The notes: a model not told the origin generated them from the letters alone. 64,000 bases of DNA from an uncultured Acidobacteriota bacterium (GCA_963796275.1 CAWCKY010000002.1:704001-768000); one strand, 5' to 3'; positions 20,426 through 31,202 are shown, counted from the stretch's first letter. Numbers and translations are program-made.

Positions 20426-20971
20426 TTCTTGCGCGTCTGTTGCAGTTTGAAATCATCTGCTCACACAAGCGTTCGGGAAATTCTTGGCACTCTGTCTTAG
20501 TTGGTGCTTCTCCCATAACAACAGATCGATGCTAGGTCAAAAGCCATAAAAATGACGTAAAGGGTCCATAAAAAATTCATAAATGCCAGCCGCCGCCACA
20601 CAAAAGAACCAGAGACTTCGGGCCGGAAGTATTGATGAAATGAACAACGGGTTCCGCTTCATCTGGACTGCTTTCGTCAAACTTCATCGAGCAATCTCCC
20701 GTTTGGTAGAAAAATCCATGGGAGCAGCGGAATATTCCTCGCCGGTATCGCCAAAATCCTCATCCTCAGCCTAAAGGGTCTTGGTATGTGTGATCCGCAC
20801 CGCTCTTTACTTGCAAAATAGAGTCCTAAGAAAACAGGGGGATCCCCGTAATAGATGGGGAAATCCCGATAACCGTATGCTTCTATAACAAAACAGTGGG
20901 TATTTATTTGATCCGTACTACTGCGGATCATTGGCTGAATCGCTAGTGGATTCAAATGGTTTAAATGAACT

Positions 20972-21256
20972 TCAGACTTTCAACTGCAGGTATATTCGCA
21001 CAGCCCCACTACTCATTGGATAAATTGGAAACGCGCGCACCACGACGTCGCCTGCAGCGTGGCTCGGGTAAAGGATGGGGAATTCTTCGAAGAGGCCGGG
21101 CGTGTCGTCGAGAACGACTATGCCGTCGGATTCGCGGTGCCCGGCGCGGGCGACTTGAACATAGCGAATACCATGAGCGCGCAGCCGAGGCAGGATGTGT
21201 TTCTCCACCTGGATTCTTACATCGATCGGTTCGTCACCGGTTTGAGCTGTGAACAC
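20972..21256 (-). pseudogene. fragment of a PP-loop/PAPS-reductase-like protein of mobile elements
   Basis: TAQTGDE...VEKHILPRLRAHGIRYVQVARAG..ESDGIVVLDDT recalls such proteins; truncated. Confidence 0.45.
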
Positions 21257-21433
21257 AATCAGGTCTTCGGCCAGATCGAAATCAAGTCGCGCACCTGGTT
21301 GACTCCATGCTGCTAGAACGGCAGTTATGTGGAATTAAAAGTCAACAGATGTACCACATTGCCTTCACCTGCATGGTAATTGAATCTCATGCAATCAAAC
21401 TTGGCTAGTATACTACTTAGTGGGATACTTCTT

Positions 21434-21812
21434 GTGGGCGATGAGGCGCAAAAACTATACACATTCATTGAACTGCCAGTATTCACGCGGCAGCTCGAGG
21501 CGTTGGCCTCATTCGAGACGCTCTATGCTATCCAGGCTGATCTATTTGGCCGACCCGGAGCGATAGCCAGTGATCAAAGGCACGGGCGGCGCACGCAAAG
21601 GGCGCGTCGGCGACCCACAGGATTCACGCGGTAAGAGCGGAAGCTTTCGCTACATCTATCTCTATCTGGAGCACCGCGGCAGAATTTTCCTGCTGCTATT
21701 CTTCAGCAAGAATCAACAGGCCAATCTCTCACCGGAGCAGGTCAAACAGGTCGCGGTTGCGGTTGAGAGGGTAAAAGAAGCAAACAAAGGCAACGAGGAG
21801 GAGAGGTCATGA
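21434..21812 (+). pseudogene. RelE/HigB-family toxin, inactivated by a frameshift and an in-frame TAG
   Basis: YTFIELPVFTRQL, then LADPER*PVIKGTGGARKGR...RGKSGSFRYIYLY...FSKNQQANLS. Confidence 0.85.
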
Positions 21813-22147
21813 AGACCGGCAAGAAGAAACAAAAAAAGCAGAAGTACATGAGTGATGAACTATTCGGCGAGTTGACGCTGTCTCTTGACCAAGCTCTGCA
21901 GTACTCACACGGCGGACAGGTCAATGCGCGCACGACCGTGCTTCCGGCTCCGCCGAAGCCGATGTCGCAGAAAGAAATCATCAAGCTCCGCGAGCAGTTC
22001 AATTGCTCGCAAGCAGTTTTCGCGCGGCTGCTCAACGTCAGTGTCAAAACCTTACAGGCCTGGGTGCAAGGTGTGCGAGTACCAAGCGACGCCGCGTTGA
22101 AATTGCTGACATTGCCAAAGCATCACCCTAAGGTCTTGCTTTTCTGA
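21809..22147 (+). CDS. XRE/HigA-like antitoxin
   Basis: [41 protein letters not shown]; ATGA overlap with the toxin gene. Confidence 0.9.
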   Translation: MKTGKKKQKKQKYMSDELFGELTLSLDQALQYSHGGQVNARTTVLPAPPKPMSQKEIIKLREQFNCSQAVFARLLNVSVKTLQAWVQGVRVPSDAALKLLTLPKHHPKVLLF

Positions 22148-22601
22148 CGAGGTTGCCGGATAGAAGTATTGGGGCGAATGAATCGCCCTGGCCAAGGAGA
22201 TGATGGACACCAAGGGATCATTTTCCAATGAGTGGATGCTCACAGACGACCGTAATAAATTGTAGCCGTCCCCCGCCCACCTGACTTGAGGTGGGCTCAC
22301 TGTAATGGACCTGAGTCTGATCCGTGCTGTGGTGCAAAGCTGCGATTGATACCCATAATCTCGGCCCCCCAAATAACACTCATTCCATCTGGTTTCGTGC
22401 TATACTCCCGTTGTCTCAGTTCTCCTACTCTCCAGCATCAACGGTGATGCCTTGTTCGTCGGTTCGGACTTACGTGGTCGGTTGCTTCGAGAGCAGGTAA
22501 ATGATAATGCTACGAAGCCGCTCTGTAGTCTGAGTGCCGCTGCCGCCAGCCGAGAACCGTTCCCGCCTCGCGCCCGCCTGCTTCACTTTCTTAAAGAAAA
22601 C

Positions 22602-22889
22602 ATGCCAATTAAATTGTATGTCGGAAATCTGTCGTTCAGCACGACAGCACAACAGCTAGAAGATTTGTTCGCACAATCAGGACAGGTTGAGTCCGCAAGA
22701 ATCGCAACTAATCGTGACAGAGGTCGCTCACGCGGGTTTGCCTTTGTTGAGATGACGACCTCGGAGGAGGCACTAGCGGCGATTCAGGCGCTGGACGGAC
22801 AAGATGTCGATGGCCATATGCTCAAAGTCAACCAGGTCAGGCCCAAAGAGGACAGCAGAGGCCATACAGCACACAAACGCAACATCTGA
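22602..22889 (+). CDS. RRM (RNP) RNA-binding protein
   Basis: RNP2 KLYVGNL and RNP1 RGFAFVEM. Confidence 0.94.
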   Translation: MPIKLYVGNLSFSTTAQQLEDLFAQSGQVESARIATNRDRGRSRGFAFVEMTTSEEALAAIQALDGQDVDGHMLKVNQVRPKEDSRGHTAHKRNI

Positions 22890-22927
22890 TGCGAAATCTG
22901 TTTTCCGCAGAATGTGGTTCGCCTTCG

Positions 22928-24163
22928 CTATGGGAGCCTAACTAAATTAGATAGGAGTGACGGCGCGTGTATGAACGACTCTGAGATATAGTCCGTGCAG
23001 TTAAGAATGTCATTGACGAGTTCCGTTACCGCAGATTCATCAATTCGCTCGGCACTGACATCGATGATGAGAGATGCCGGTTGCAGCAACGGATCACTGT
23101 GCCGCGTGATTGCAATCACACTGGCCTGACATTCGAACCATTCCGCGATCGCTCGAGCAATGGTCTTCGTGAAGTAAGCGTAAACTTTTCCGGCATGATA
23201 AACCGGATTCTTACCGAAGGCGGCTTCCATCGAATGCGGGCGGTAGACTGAGATCACGCCGCTGACCGGGTTCCCGCGCCCGACCAAGCCCTCCTCGCCG
23301 CACTCGATACAACTCCCCGTGCCGAGTAGATAAATCTTTTTCGGACCGTACGGATTGCCGGAACTGGTGTTGACATTCAATCGAACCCGATGAGTGTCGC
23401 CGATCAGTTCGTCCGCGCGGCGTTGAAGTTCGAGCGACAACCAGGCCAGACTTTCGTCATAGGCACTCCGCGTTGCGATTTGTCTCGACAGCAGGGGCAC
23501 ATTCATCGTGATCTCGACTTCTGCGCCGCGGCGCATCGCCAGAATCTTGAGGTCTTCACCGAAACAAGCGCCCGCCGGCGATCTGTCCGAACAACGCTCG
23601 ACCTGGCGCTCCAATTCAATGGCCAGATTCTCGAGCGGAGAGAGCGGCCAATATCCGACGGCGATCATTGAGTCGCTTGCCGTGGCCGAGGCGTATTCCG
23701 GCAGGTCGTCCATCGTTCGTGGTTTGAACCAGGCATCGTATTTCGAATAATTGCTGGTCATGCGAGAAAAGCGAAGCCAGGAGTCCGGATCGAAATTCCG
23801 GAGCCGGTCACGCAGCACTCTCCGAACGGCCTCCTCCTGAATGGCCCAGATGTCTATCTCCTGATCTCCGAAGGATGTGCTCATCCGGCCCGACAAGCTG
23901 ACAGTGACGGGCTTTCTGAATTCAGAGACCCCGAAATCGGTCCTAAAATGCCCGCCGATAATCGCAAGCTTGTCGACATTATGATGGAGAACTGCGCGAA
24001 AGTTTTGCAGGCAATAGCTGGCGTATGTACATGAGATTTCTTCGGCCATCGCGTCGGCCAGGGAATCAGGATGCCCTTTCCCCTTTCGCTCAACGACCTC
24101 AAACTCTGAGGCGTTCGGAAAGCTGATGTTCGTCCGCACATTAAGAGATTGATAGTAGTCCAT
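22928..24163 (-). CDS. archaeal-type S-adenosylmethionine synthetase (methionine adenosyltransferase)
   Basis: EVVERKGKGHPDSLAD, HHNVDK, GEDLKI..MR, G.VGRGN...G.I...RP.SMEA..GKNPVYHAGKVY; RBS GAGGAG. Confidence 0.9.
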   Translation of the reverse strand: MDYYQSLNVRTNISFPNASEFEVVERKGKGHPDSLADAMAEEISCTYASYCLQNFRAVLHHNVDKLAIIGGHFRTDFGVSEFRKPVTVSLSGRMSTSFGDQEIDIWAIQEEAVRRVLRDRLRNFDPDSWLRFSRMTSNYSKYDAWFKPRTMDDLPEYASATASDSMIAVGYWPLSPLENLAIELERQVERCSDRSPAGACFGEDLKILAMRRGAEVEITMNVPLLSRQIATRSAYDESLAWLSLELQRRADELIGDTHRVRLNVNTSSGNPYGPKKIYLLGTGSCIECGEEGLVGRGNPVSGVISVYRPHSMEAAFGKNPVYHAGKVYAYFTKTIARAIAEWFECQASVIAITRHSDPLLQPASLIIDVSAERIDESAVTELVNDILNCTDYISESFIHAPSLLSNLVRLP

Positions 24164-24367
24164 GCGATCTCCTCAATCGTTCAAGAACAGGTTGACGCCC
24201 AAACTAAAACAGCCCCTCGCCTGAGCAAGGAGCTGGATTTAGCGTTTCTATGAAAATGGCGCTTGCCGCCAGCCGCGCGGAAAACCCGAGCACTTGTGGT
24301 AGCAATGCAGGACTCTACGGCCGCGCCGCCACGAAGTAAGATTTCCGCCGCCTCAGCGACGTGAGTG

Positions 24368-25138
24368 TCATTCAATTAACAACCGCTTGATTGAGGCATC
24401 CTCGTCCTGGGTATATTCGATACCACGGACGACCACCACCGGACGGCTCTCGTTCGCCTGCCCCATGATCAGAGAAGCGGCGGCCGCCAGTTCGTCGACC
24501 AGCGCAATCGATGAATTCGCTTGGTTCCCGAAGAGGTCATGCTGCCGTCGTTCTTCGAGATGTCTGATGCCCGCGATTCCGATGGCGATCCCGATGGAGC
24601 CCTCCCGGTCCGGTTTTCCGAAACTGTCCGAGATGATAACGCCCACATCGGCCCGGATCATTTCTTTGATCTTCTGACGGATTTGTCTTGCGCTGCGATC
24701 CGGGTCGCGCGGGAGAAGGACCACCACTCCTTCATCATGCAGAGCGATATTCGATCTATCGACGCCTGCCCCGGTGCAGATGAACCCAAGGCGATGTCGG
24801 GTGATCACCATTCGTCCTTTCGTCCCCAGTATTTCATCGCTCTCCCGGAGATAGACTTCACAAAGTCGCGGGTCACGGCCGGTCGACTCGGCCAGTTCGA
24901 CGGCCCGCGGAGAAGGCTCCACATCCGCTAGACGGACAACCGCGCCCTCGGCTTTACTGACTATCTTCTGGGCAACGACAAGAACGTCTCGCTCGGCAAT
25001 GGTGAATCCGTCCTTCAGGGCAGCCTCGACGATCAGTTCGCCAAGATCAGCGCCCCGAGTAATCAACGGCAGGTTCGGAACCCCATACAGCCCCGCGGAC
25101 CAACGTCCGAGGTTATGTGGACTGCCTTCGCTCGTCAT
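24368..25138 (-). CDS. cofE: CofE-like F420-0:gamma-glutamyl ligase
   Basis: DVLVVAQKIVSKAEG, AGVDRSN, LLPRDPDRSA, GVIISDSFG, DELAAAASLIMGQ..E..PVVVVRG; RBS GAGGAGG. Confidence 0.9.
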   Translation of the reverse strand: MTSEGSPHNLGRWSAGLYGVPNLPLITRGADLGELIVEAALKDGFTIAERDVLVVAQKIVSKAEGAVVRLADVEPSPRAVELAESTGRDPRLCEVYLRESDEILGTKGRMVITRHRLGFICTGAGVDRSNIALHDEGVVVLLPRDPDRSARQIRQKIKEMIRADVGVIISDSFGKPDREGSIGIAIGIAGIRHLEERRQHDLFGNQANSSIALVDELAAAASLIMGQANESRPVVVVRGIEYTQDEDASIKRLLIE

Positions 25139-25194
25139 AGATACCTCCTCACGCACTTTCAAACTAAAGATCGGTCGAAATCTGCCCGAAAGAC

Positions 25195-26151
25195 TCATCT
25201 GGCAACCTGATCCGAAATGTGCGCGGCCACATCTTCCAGGGTTCCGGAGATATATTTGATCTTGAGATCGCCAAGCAGGTAGCGGATAAGTTCGCGCCGC
25301 GCAAAATATGCCTCCGGACAGTCTAGAGGAGGCATATAATCACCGAAATCGAACTTCGCGCCAAGGAGCATCGGCGTGGTCGTCGCTCGAATATACCGAG
25401 AGAAATTTTCATTGAGATAGAGCCGGGGAATCAACCCATCATAATCTTCGATGTAGAACCTCTGTTGTGCCTGGTCGATATGAACAAAGAACGCGCCAGC
25501 TACATTTAAGGGCAGCGATGCCTCCTCTATTCCCAAGCGACGAGGAGAAACATTCACTTTCTGCAGCCAGGCGTCCCGCTGCGGCTCAGGGAAATGACAG
25601 AGCAAGTCCTGGCAGTTTCGTTCAATCGATGCGCGACGTAAAAGCACGTTTCTCGAACCGGCGATGACTGACGCCGATCGCTTCTGAGACGAGACACCGC
25701 CGAAGACGCAAAGATCGTTGGCGGCAAGTCGAAAACCGTGCCGGAGACAGAGGCGGATCGCCGTTGTGGTCTTCCCAGCCCCGACGTTTCCTAACAAAAG
25801 CGCCGCTTTATCGTCACGCGCGACGGCGGCGCAATGCGCGGTGACATATCCCTGCAATTGCATTTCTCGCTCAAGCAGGAGATGGGCGAAATGGAGCAAA
25901 CTGGCTCCGTCATCCAGCGATTCTGATGGACATTCAATCTGCAAATGTCTCCGGTCGGCCGAAAGACGGAGAGCGCAGGATCCTGACGTCGCGGTATGCT
26001 CGAGCAGCGGCTCGGCAATCGCTTCCGACCGCGTGATGCTGATCAATGGCGGAGCGACGGATATACCGAGCCGCTCATACCTGGCTGACAAATCTGCCGG
26101 CGAGACCACAGACACGGAAAATCGACCGATGCTTGCGGTGAAAATACCCAT
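25195..26151 (-). CDS. HPr-kinase-like P-loop kinase
   Basis: HCAAV...ALLLGNVGAGKTT...GFRLAAND matches the HprK-family His, Walker A and (D/N)D pattern. Confidence 0.75.
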   Translation of the reverse strand: MGIFTASIGRFSVSVVSPADLSARYERLGISVAPPLISITRSEAIAEPLLEHTATSGSCALRLSADRRHLQIECPSESLDDGASLLHFAHLLLEREMQLQGYVTAHCAAVARDDKAALLLGNVGAGKTTTAIRLCLRHGFRLAANDLCVFGGVSSQKRSASVIAGSRNVLLRRASIERNCQDLLCHFPEPQRDAWLQKVNVSPRRLGIEEASLPLNVAGAFFVHIDQAQQRFYIEDYDGLIPRLYLNENFSRYIRATTTPMLLGAKFDFGDYMPPLDCPEAYFARRELIRYLLGDLKIKYISGTLEDVAAHISDQVAR

Positions 26152-26170
26152 ATTAATTATCCCACTTCTT

Positions 26171-27487
26171 TCAGTCCATGCCGGCGGTGGTGGATTCGGC
26201 ATCCCAAGGCCCTGGGCGCAGTTCGAAAGGTATGGACTCCCACTCGTAGATGCGGCCAAGAGGCCGTCGCCTGAGGAAGGACTCGCGCAGCAGCGAAGCC
26301 TGGAGATAGAGAGATTGTTCGATTTCAGCGGGAGTCGCAGCATTGATCTCTCCCCAATAAGTCATGACTCGGCACAAGTAGATCGCGACTAACTGGTCTC
26401 GGACCTGGAAGAAGTTTCCGGGCGTCAACATTCCGAGTGCGGAGATTAAGGCGTTGCACCATGTCTCGGCGTCGATCGCCGGCAGATTCGGAGCGGAAGG
26501 GTTGCCAATGTAACCTGGCGTACCGGTAACGATTCCCGGAATGATCGCAGCCATACTGTCATGCTGAGTTAAATACCGACGCACTCTTTCAAGAACCTCG
26601 TTGACGGCTTGCTCTTTCGGCGTCTCCGCAACGGCGTCGATGGAAGTATGATCGGCCAGCCGAAAATCCTGACTTCCCGATTGTGATTCCTCGCCGCCGA
26701 CCCGGCCGGCTTGTGAGGTGAGAAGTATTCGCATCAAGGTGTCGAGGACCTGCTGCGACATATGTAATATTTTGGGGAATCCCGGGTTGTGGAGTTTTCG
26801 TGACAGCCGGACTTCGGCGACGTTCAAGCCCCGCGCGAGCGCGTTCGCTGTCAGAAAAATGTCGATCCCATAGAGGAGAGCGCTCTCGGCGGACGGCCAG
26901 TCGAGAGCCATTCTTATGAATTCCCGATTCATGGCGAATTCTCCGGCAATCGGCTGCCGGATGTGCCGGCCGAAGACGGCGTAGAGCAACGGCACGACGA
27001 TGTGGTTGGTGGTATTGCCTTCGTATTTGTTGCGCGTGTAAATCGGAGAGATCAAAGCGGGCCTGGATTCGCCCAGAGCAGGAGATAACAGCTTATCCAC
27101 CCAATCAGGAGAGATCGTTCGCACATCCGCGTCAAAAAGGCACGCGGCTTTTGCGAGCGTCGCCCTCGCGAATCGCAGAACGGCGAAGATATTCCTTCCC
27201 TTCCCCTTCTTGAGGCTGCCCGTATCTATTGCGATCTTTTCGGCCGTTGTCGGAGTCGATAGAAAACAGGCGGAGGTTCCGTCATCGCTGCCACTGTCGG
27301 CATTGACGATCGCTGCGGTCAGATGCGGGAAGAATGTTCGCAAACCGGCGTCTATAGTCTCCACTACCTGCCGGATTGTGCGAGCTTCATTGTATGAGGG
27401 AATGCCCACTACGATGTCTCGAACTCGCCCGGCATTATCGATGGTCGCGACGTCTATGCTCTCGAAGCCTTTAGTCATGCTATCCAT
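26171..27487 (-). CDS. GT-A glycosyltransferase, glucosylglycerate/mannosylglycerate synthase-like
   Basis: DIVVGIPSYNEA.TI, NADSGSDDGT, GKG, FDADVR, P.YTRNKYEG..TN, IRQPIAGEF, YGIDIFLT, KLH. Confidence 0.85.
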   Translation of the reverse strand: MDSMTKGFESIDVATIDNAGRVRDIVVGIPSYNEARTIRQVVETIDAGLRTFFPHLTAAIVNADSGSDDGTSACFLSTPTTAEKIAIDTGSLKKGKGRNIFAVLRFARATLAKAACLFDADVRTISPDWVDKLLSPALGESRPALISPIYTRNKYEGNTTNHIVVPLLYAVFGRHIRQPIAGEFAMNREFIRMALDWPSAESALLYGIDIFLTANALARGLNVAEVRLSRKLHNPGFPKILHMSQQVLDTLMRILLTSQAGRVGGEESQSGSQDFRLADHTSIDAVAETPKEQAVNEVLERVRRYLTQHDSMAAIIPGIVTGTPGYIGNPSAPNLPAIDAETWCNALISALGMLTPGNFFQVRDQLVAIYLCRVMTYWGEINAATPAEIEQSLYLQASLLRESFLRRRPLGRIYEWESIPFELRPGPWDAESTTAGMD

Positions 27488-27696
27488 ACTCAATCTCCTG
27501 AAATTCGAGTTATCTGCAGCCCTGATCGATAAACCGCGCAATGAACGGATCGGTCACAAATCGCTCCCCGCACCAATAGATTGTCCGATCGCTTATTTGT
27601 TGAAAGGCGAGGCGTGATCATCCGGCGGCCACCTGACTTATGTTTCGACCCGGACCCGGCGTTCTCATCTGGCTGTCGAGTTGCAGGCTTGCTGGC

Positions 27697-28167
27697 TTAT
27701 GGAATGATCGGTAAATTGACGAGGATGAATCGCCCCTCCAATTCCACATATCTGCTGATCACTTCATAACCTTGACAGGCCTGGCGCATGGCATCCTGCG
27801 CGTTTTCCCCGGTTCTGATGCGAAACACATTTCCGACTCCGTGGCCGCTTCCGGCGTCACGGACACGAACCGTTACCAGGAACTTGACAGGCATCCCGAG
27901 TATTTCCCGGCGCATCTTCTTGAACTGTCTCGCAGACACGATCTTGACCGGCTGAGACGTGGTCCCTATCGATGGATACAAGGCCAGGGCAGACCTACGG
28001 TTTCCTGTGTCCCCCTTATATTCTTCAGGAATCCCTTTCCACTGTTTTAAAGTCATCGGGATATAGCCGTACTTCTCGACGTATTCCCACTTTTGCGGCT
28101 CCTTGCTCGATCTACATAACTTCCGGCGCGGTTTCCCGCCTCGAACTTTTTCCATGCTCTCCTCCAT
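27697..28167 (-). CDS. hypothetical basic protein
   Basis: 156-aa ORF; no recognised motif. Confidence 0.5.
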   Translation of the reverse strand: MEESMEKVRGGKPRRKLCRSSKEPQKWEYVEKYGYIPMTLKQWKGIPEEYKGDTGNRRSALALYPSIGTTSQPVKIVSARQFKKMRREILGMPVKFLVTVRVRDAGSGHGVGNVFRIRTGENAQDAMRQACQGYEVISRYVELEGRFILVNLPIIP

Positions 28168-28369
28168 CGATCAGTTATGCGCAAAATGATTTCTACAAAT
28201 GAACGATCATGAAGCTGTCCGGAAGCGCCGCCAGTGACCGCCCGGCATGGGTTGGAAGAAGACGTAATCCGCCGGCTGATATCAGGATTCGTGTGAAATG
28301 GTGAGGGACCGAGAATCGTAGCTGTTCCGACCGAGTGGAGAGCGATCGGCGTATCTGGACTCCGAGCAA

Positions 28370-28951
28370 CTAACTTCCGTTGATCCAGCCTTCCGGAATA
28401 TGCGCCAACTGATTTCGAAGAAGCGTCTGTTCCACCAAGCCGACGAGCGGTGGTGGAGATTCCCGCTCGCCCCTCTTCATCAGAGTCCAGACGCCATGTA
28501 ACTCATTACGGGTCCCCCAGACTCTGTCTCGTAAACACTCGAGCAGATCGATCCTGTTATACAAAGCAAGTACGTCTGAGTTGACCAGTAAAAGAGTCTT
28601 GTCCGACCGCGAAAACTCTCGTTCAACCCCAGGCATTGAACGTCCTACCAGGATCATCAAATTTTTCCAGTCGGGACCGCCGTGCTGAGCGTTGTGAGCT
28701 TCAAGCACGACATTCCAGTCAGCGTTAGCTATGTTCGCCTGCTCGCGCATGATGCGGATGAATACCTCACTGAGATCTCGGCGCTCCAGGTCAAAGCGGT
28801 TGAGCAGTTTCGATTCCGCCGCTTCCAGATGCGTCTCCGGGGCAGTCAGGATCAAGAATGCGCCTTCGCGCGTAGCTCGCCGCAATCGATCGTCTAAAAT
28901 TCGGGCATCCACTTCTTCTGGTGTAAGCATTGCTATCTCCTTTCGACGCAT
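28370..28951 (-). CDS. stand-alone copy or fragment of the C-terminal domain of BREX-2 kinase PglW
   Basis: TPEEVDAR....RLRRA.REGAFL.LT, DWNVVLEA......DWKNL..LV, LA.Y...DLLE.LRD, HGVW.L, Q.A.IPEGW; no kinase domain. Confidence 0.6.
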   Translation of the reverse strand: MRRKEIAMLTPEEVDARILDDRLRRATREGAFLILTAPETHLEAAESKLLNRFDLERRDLSEVFIRIMREQANIANADWNVVLEAHNAQHGGPDWKNLMILVGRSMPGVEREFSRSDKTLLLVNSDVLALYNRIDLLECLRDRVWGTRNELHGVWTLMKRGERESPPPLVGLVEQTLLRNQLAHIPEGWINGS

Positions 28952-29139
28952 TTCCGCCCGCCTTGTTTTAGTCCGGCGCCGGATTCAAGCTGATTTATCG
29001 GTTCAAATCCTTTTTCGAGAACCAGGATTAGTAGGCAATGCTCAAAATCGGCAGTTCTGGTCAAGAAATGACTCCACAAATGGCTATTTTTCTGGAGCTG
29101 TAGTCTAAGCTGGCTTCCCCATCCACCAAACCATTGTTT

Positions 29140-29490
29140 TCGTCGGTTCGGCCTCAGCAGCACCTCGTCGATGCGGTATCGATCCAGATCAAGGACTTCA
29201 AGGTAGAACCCACTCTACTCAAAGTGTTCTCCTGGTACCGGAATTCTACTTATTCGCATCAGGATCAAACCGGCAAACGTGTGGTAATTGTCTCGCTCTA
29301 CTCCGGACAATTTCAGATGTCCAGCAGTTGTTTGAACTCATCAATCGGTAATACGTAATACTCCATCGATCCGCCACAGTCTGTCCTCACGCTGCACAGC
29401 AGGAGGTTCTTCTGACAAATCGGAAGACCGGATGTCACCGACAATCGGTTCTATGATGTTGTGATGTGTGAGCATCCCTTGGGTGCCGTA
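29140..29490 (-). pseudogene. hemolysin/CorC (TlyC-like) C-terminal remnant
   Basis: IIEPIVGDI...AVQREDRLWRIDG...YHTFAGLILMRISRIP..GEHFE*SGFYLEVLDLDRYRIDEVL, with a stop and frameshifts. Confidence 0.7.
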
Positions 29491-29536
29491 GATACTCTTC
29501 CTCCCTACTCGCATTGAACGCGGCGGGATCGAGCCT

Positions 29537-30293
<757 letters not shown>

Positions 30294-30360
30294 AACATCC
30301 ATAACTGCTGGCCTTATTCTCCAGAAAAGAAAACCACTACCAAAAATCCTTACGGACTCG

Positions 30361-30412
30361 GTAGGAGTCATCAACTGCACTCAAGCAGTGGTTGCGGGGA
30401 ACCCCATCCCCA
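30361..30412 (-). ncRNA. fluoride riboswitch (crcB motif)
   Basis: Minus strand GGGGATGGGGTTCCCC-GCAACCACTGC...GCAGTTGATGACTCCTAC fits the consensus, about 70 nt upstream of crcB. Confidence 0.92.
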
Positions 30413-30496
30413 CGATTTAAGCATACAAGTTTTTTTTAGGGCAAAAGACGGAGCAGCAGCAAACAAGTAATACTCAAATACGCTTTGCGATTGCGG

Positions 30497-30651
30497 TCAT
30501 AACGAATGACAGGGTTTCAGGGTGTTGGCGAGTAACGCGATAGCCATATTACCGCCGGCCAGCCGTTCGCCCATAATCCCGGAACCGATCACCGTCGACA
30601 GTAGCAGTGCCGCCCCACAGCCTCGGCGACACTTCGTCGAATAAGACTCAT
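30497..30651 (-). pseudogene. truncated MIP/aquaporin, 5' part only
   Basis: RRSVAEAVG/ALLLSTVIGSGIMGERLAGGNMAIALLANTL, nearly identical to the start of 41432..42184. Confidence 0.85.
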
Positions 30652-31124
30652 CGCTCGATCCTGTGCGCCTCAGGCTGAATATCAATCTTCATCAAAACCG
30701 CCGTGGAGCAACGCGGCAGCCGCCATTCCGGCGATTGCGCGAGGCGTTCATCATAGCCCTCACGAACCGCTACTGTGAAGCCGAATTTCTTCTCGAAGAA
30801 ATCTCTCGCGGTAGTCGTCAGCAGTAGCGCTTCGCTAATGCCTTGCCGCGCAGCATCCTGAAGAATCGCCTCTGTCAGTCGAGTTCCGAGCCCAGACCGC
30901 TGAAGCTCTGGCGTGACGGCGGCCGACCGCAGCAGGCCAAGCCTGCCATGCCGCTCCATCCCGACGCAGCCGACCAGACGACCCGTATCGTCCCTGGCGA
31001 CGAGGAAGCCGTCGAGGTGCTCGGCTACTCCGTCAGAAGGCAGATCGACGGTATTAAGCAGCGAAAGAATTTCCTCCAAAGCTGAAGATTCAGCCCTGGA
31101 GATCACGACTTGTGGTGATTCCAT
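30648..31124 (-). CDS. arsN2: ArsN2-type GNAT N-acetyltransferase
   Basis: LVGCVGME..G..GLLRSAAV.P...RSGLG..L, LLTTTA.DFF, C.TAVLM; ars context. Confidence 0.82.
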   Translation of the reverse strand: MESPQVVISRAESSALEEILSLLNTVDLPSDGVAEHLDGFLVARDDTGRLVGCVGMERHGRLGLLRSAAVTPELQRSGLGTRLTEAILQDAARQGISEALLLTTTARDFFEKKFGFTVAVREGYDERLAQSPEWRLPRCSTAVLMKIDIQPEAHRIER

Positions 31125-31202
31125 TGCATTAAGTGGCTAACCAGCGATCTGTACGCGCGCCTGGCCGCATCCTGCCGGTTTCTTTCTCGAGTGCGAGGGC
31201 GT

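Noticed and set aside
20583-20955. Short ORFs in an AT-richer patch
   Set aside because: No recognisable motif; possibly a decayed gene
21308-21335. dif-like sequence TGCTGCTAGAA-CGGCAG-TTATGTGGAAT before the toxin-antitoxin pair
   Set aside because: Weak match to both Xer arms and no convincing partner site
24368-25138. F420 biosynthesis locus
   Set aside because: No cofC, cofD or fbiC in the window; cofE has unrelated neighbours
22277-27639. CCACCTGACTT at 22277 and 27629 flanking the GT-MAT operon
   Set aside because: Many 11-bp matches are expected by chance in 64 kb
29440-29490. GMLTHHNI as an AMP-binding enzyme motif
   Set aside because: The downstream sequence fits a CBS/CorC hemolysin remnant better
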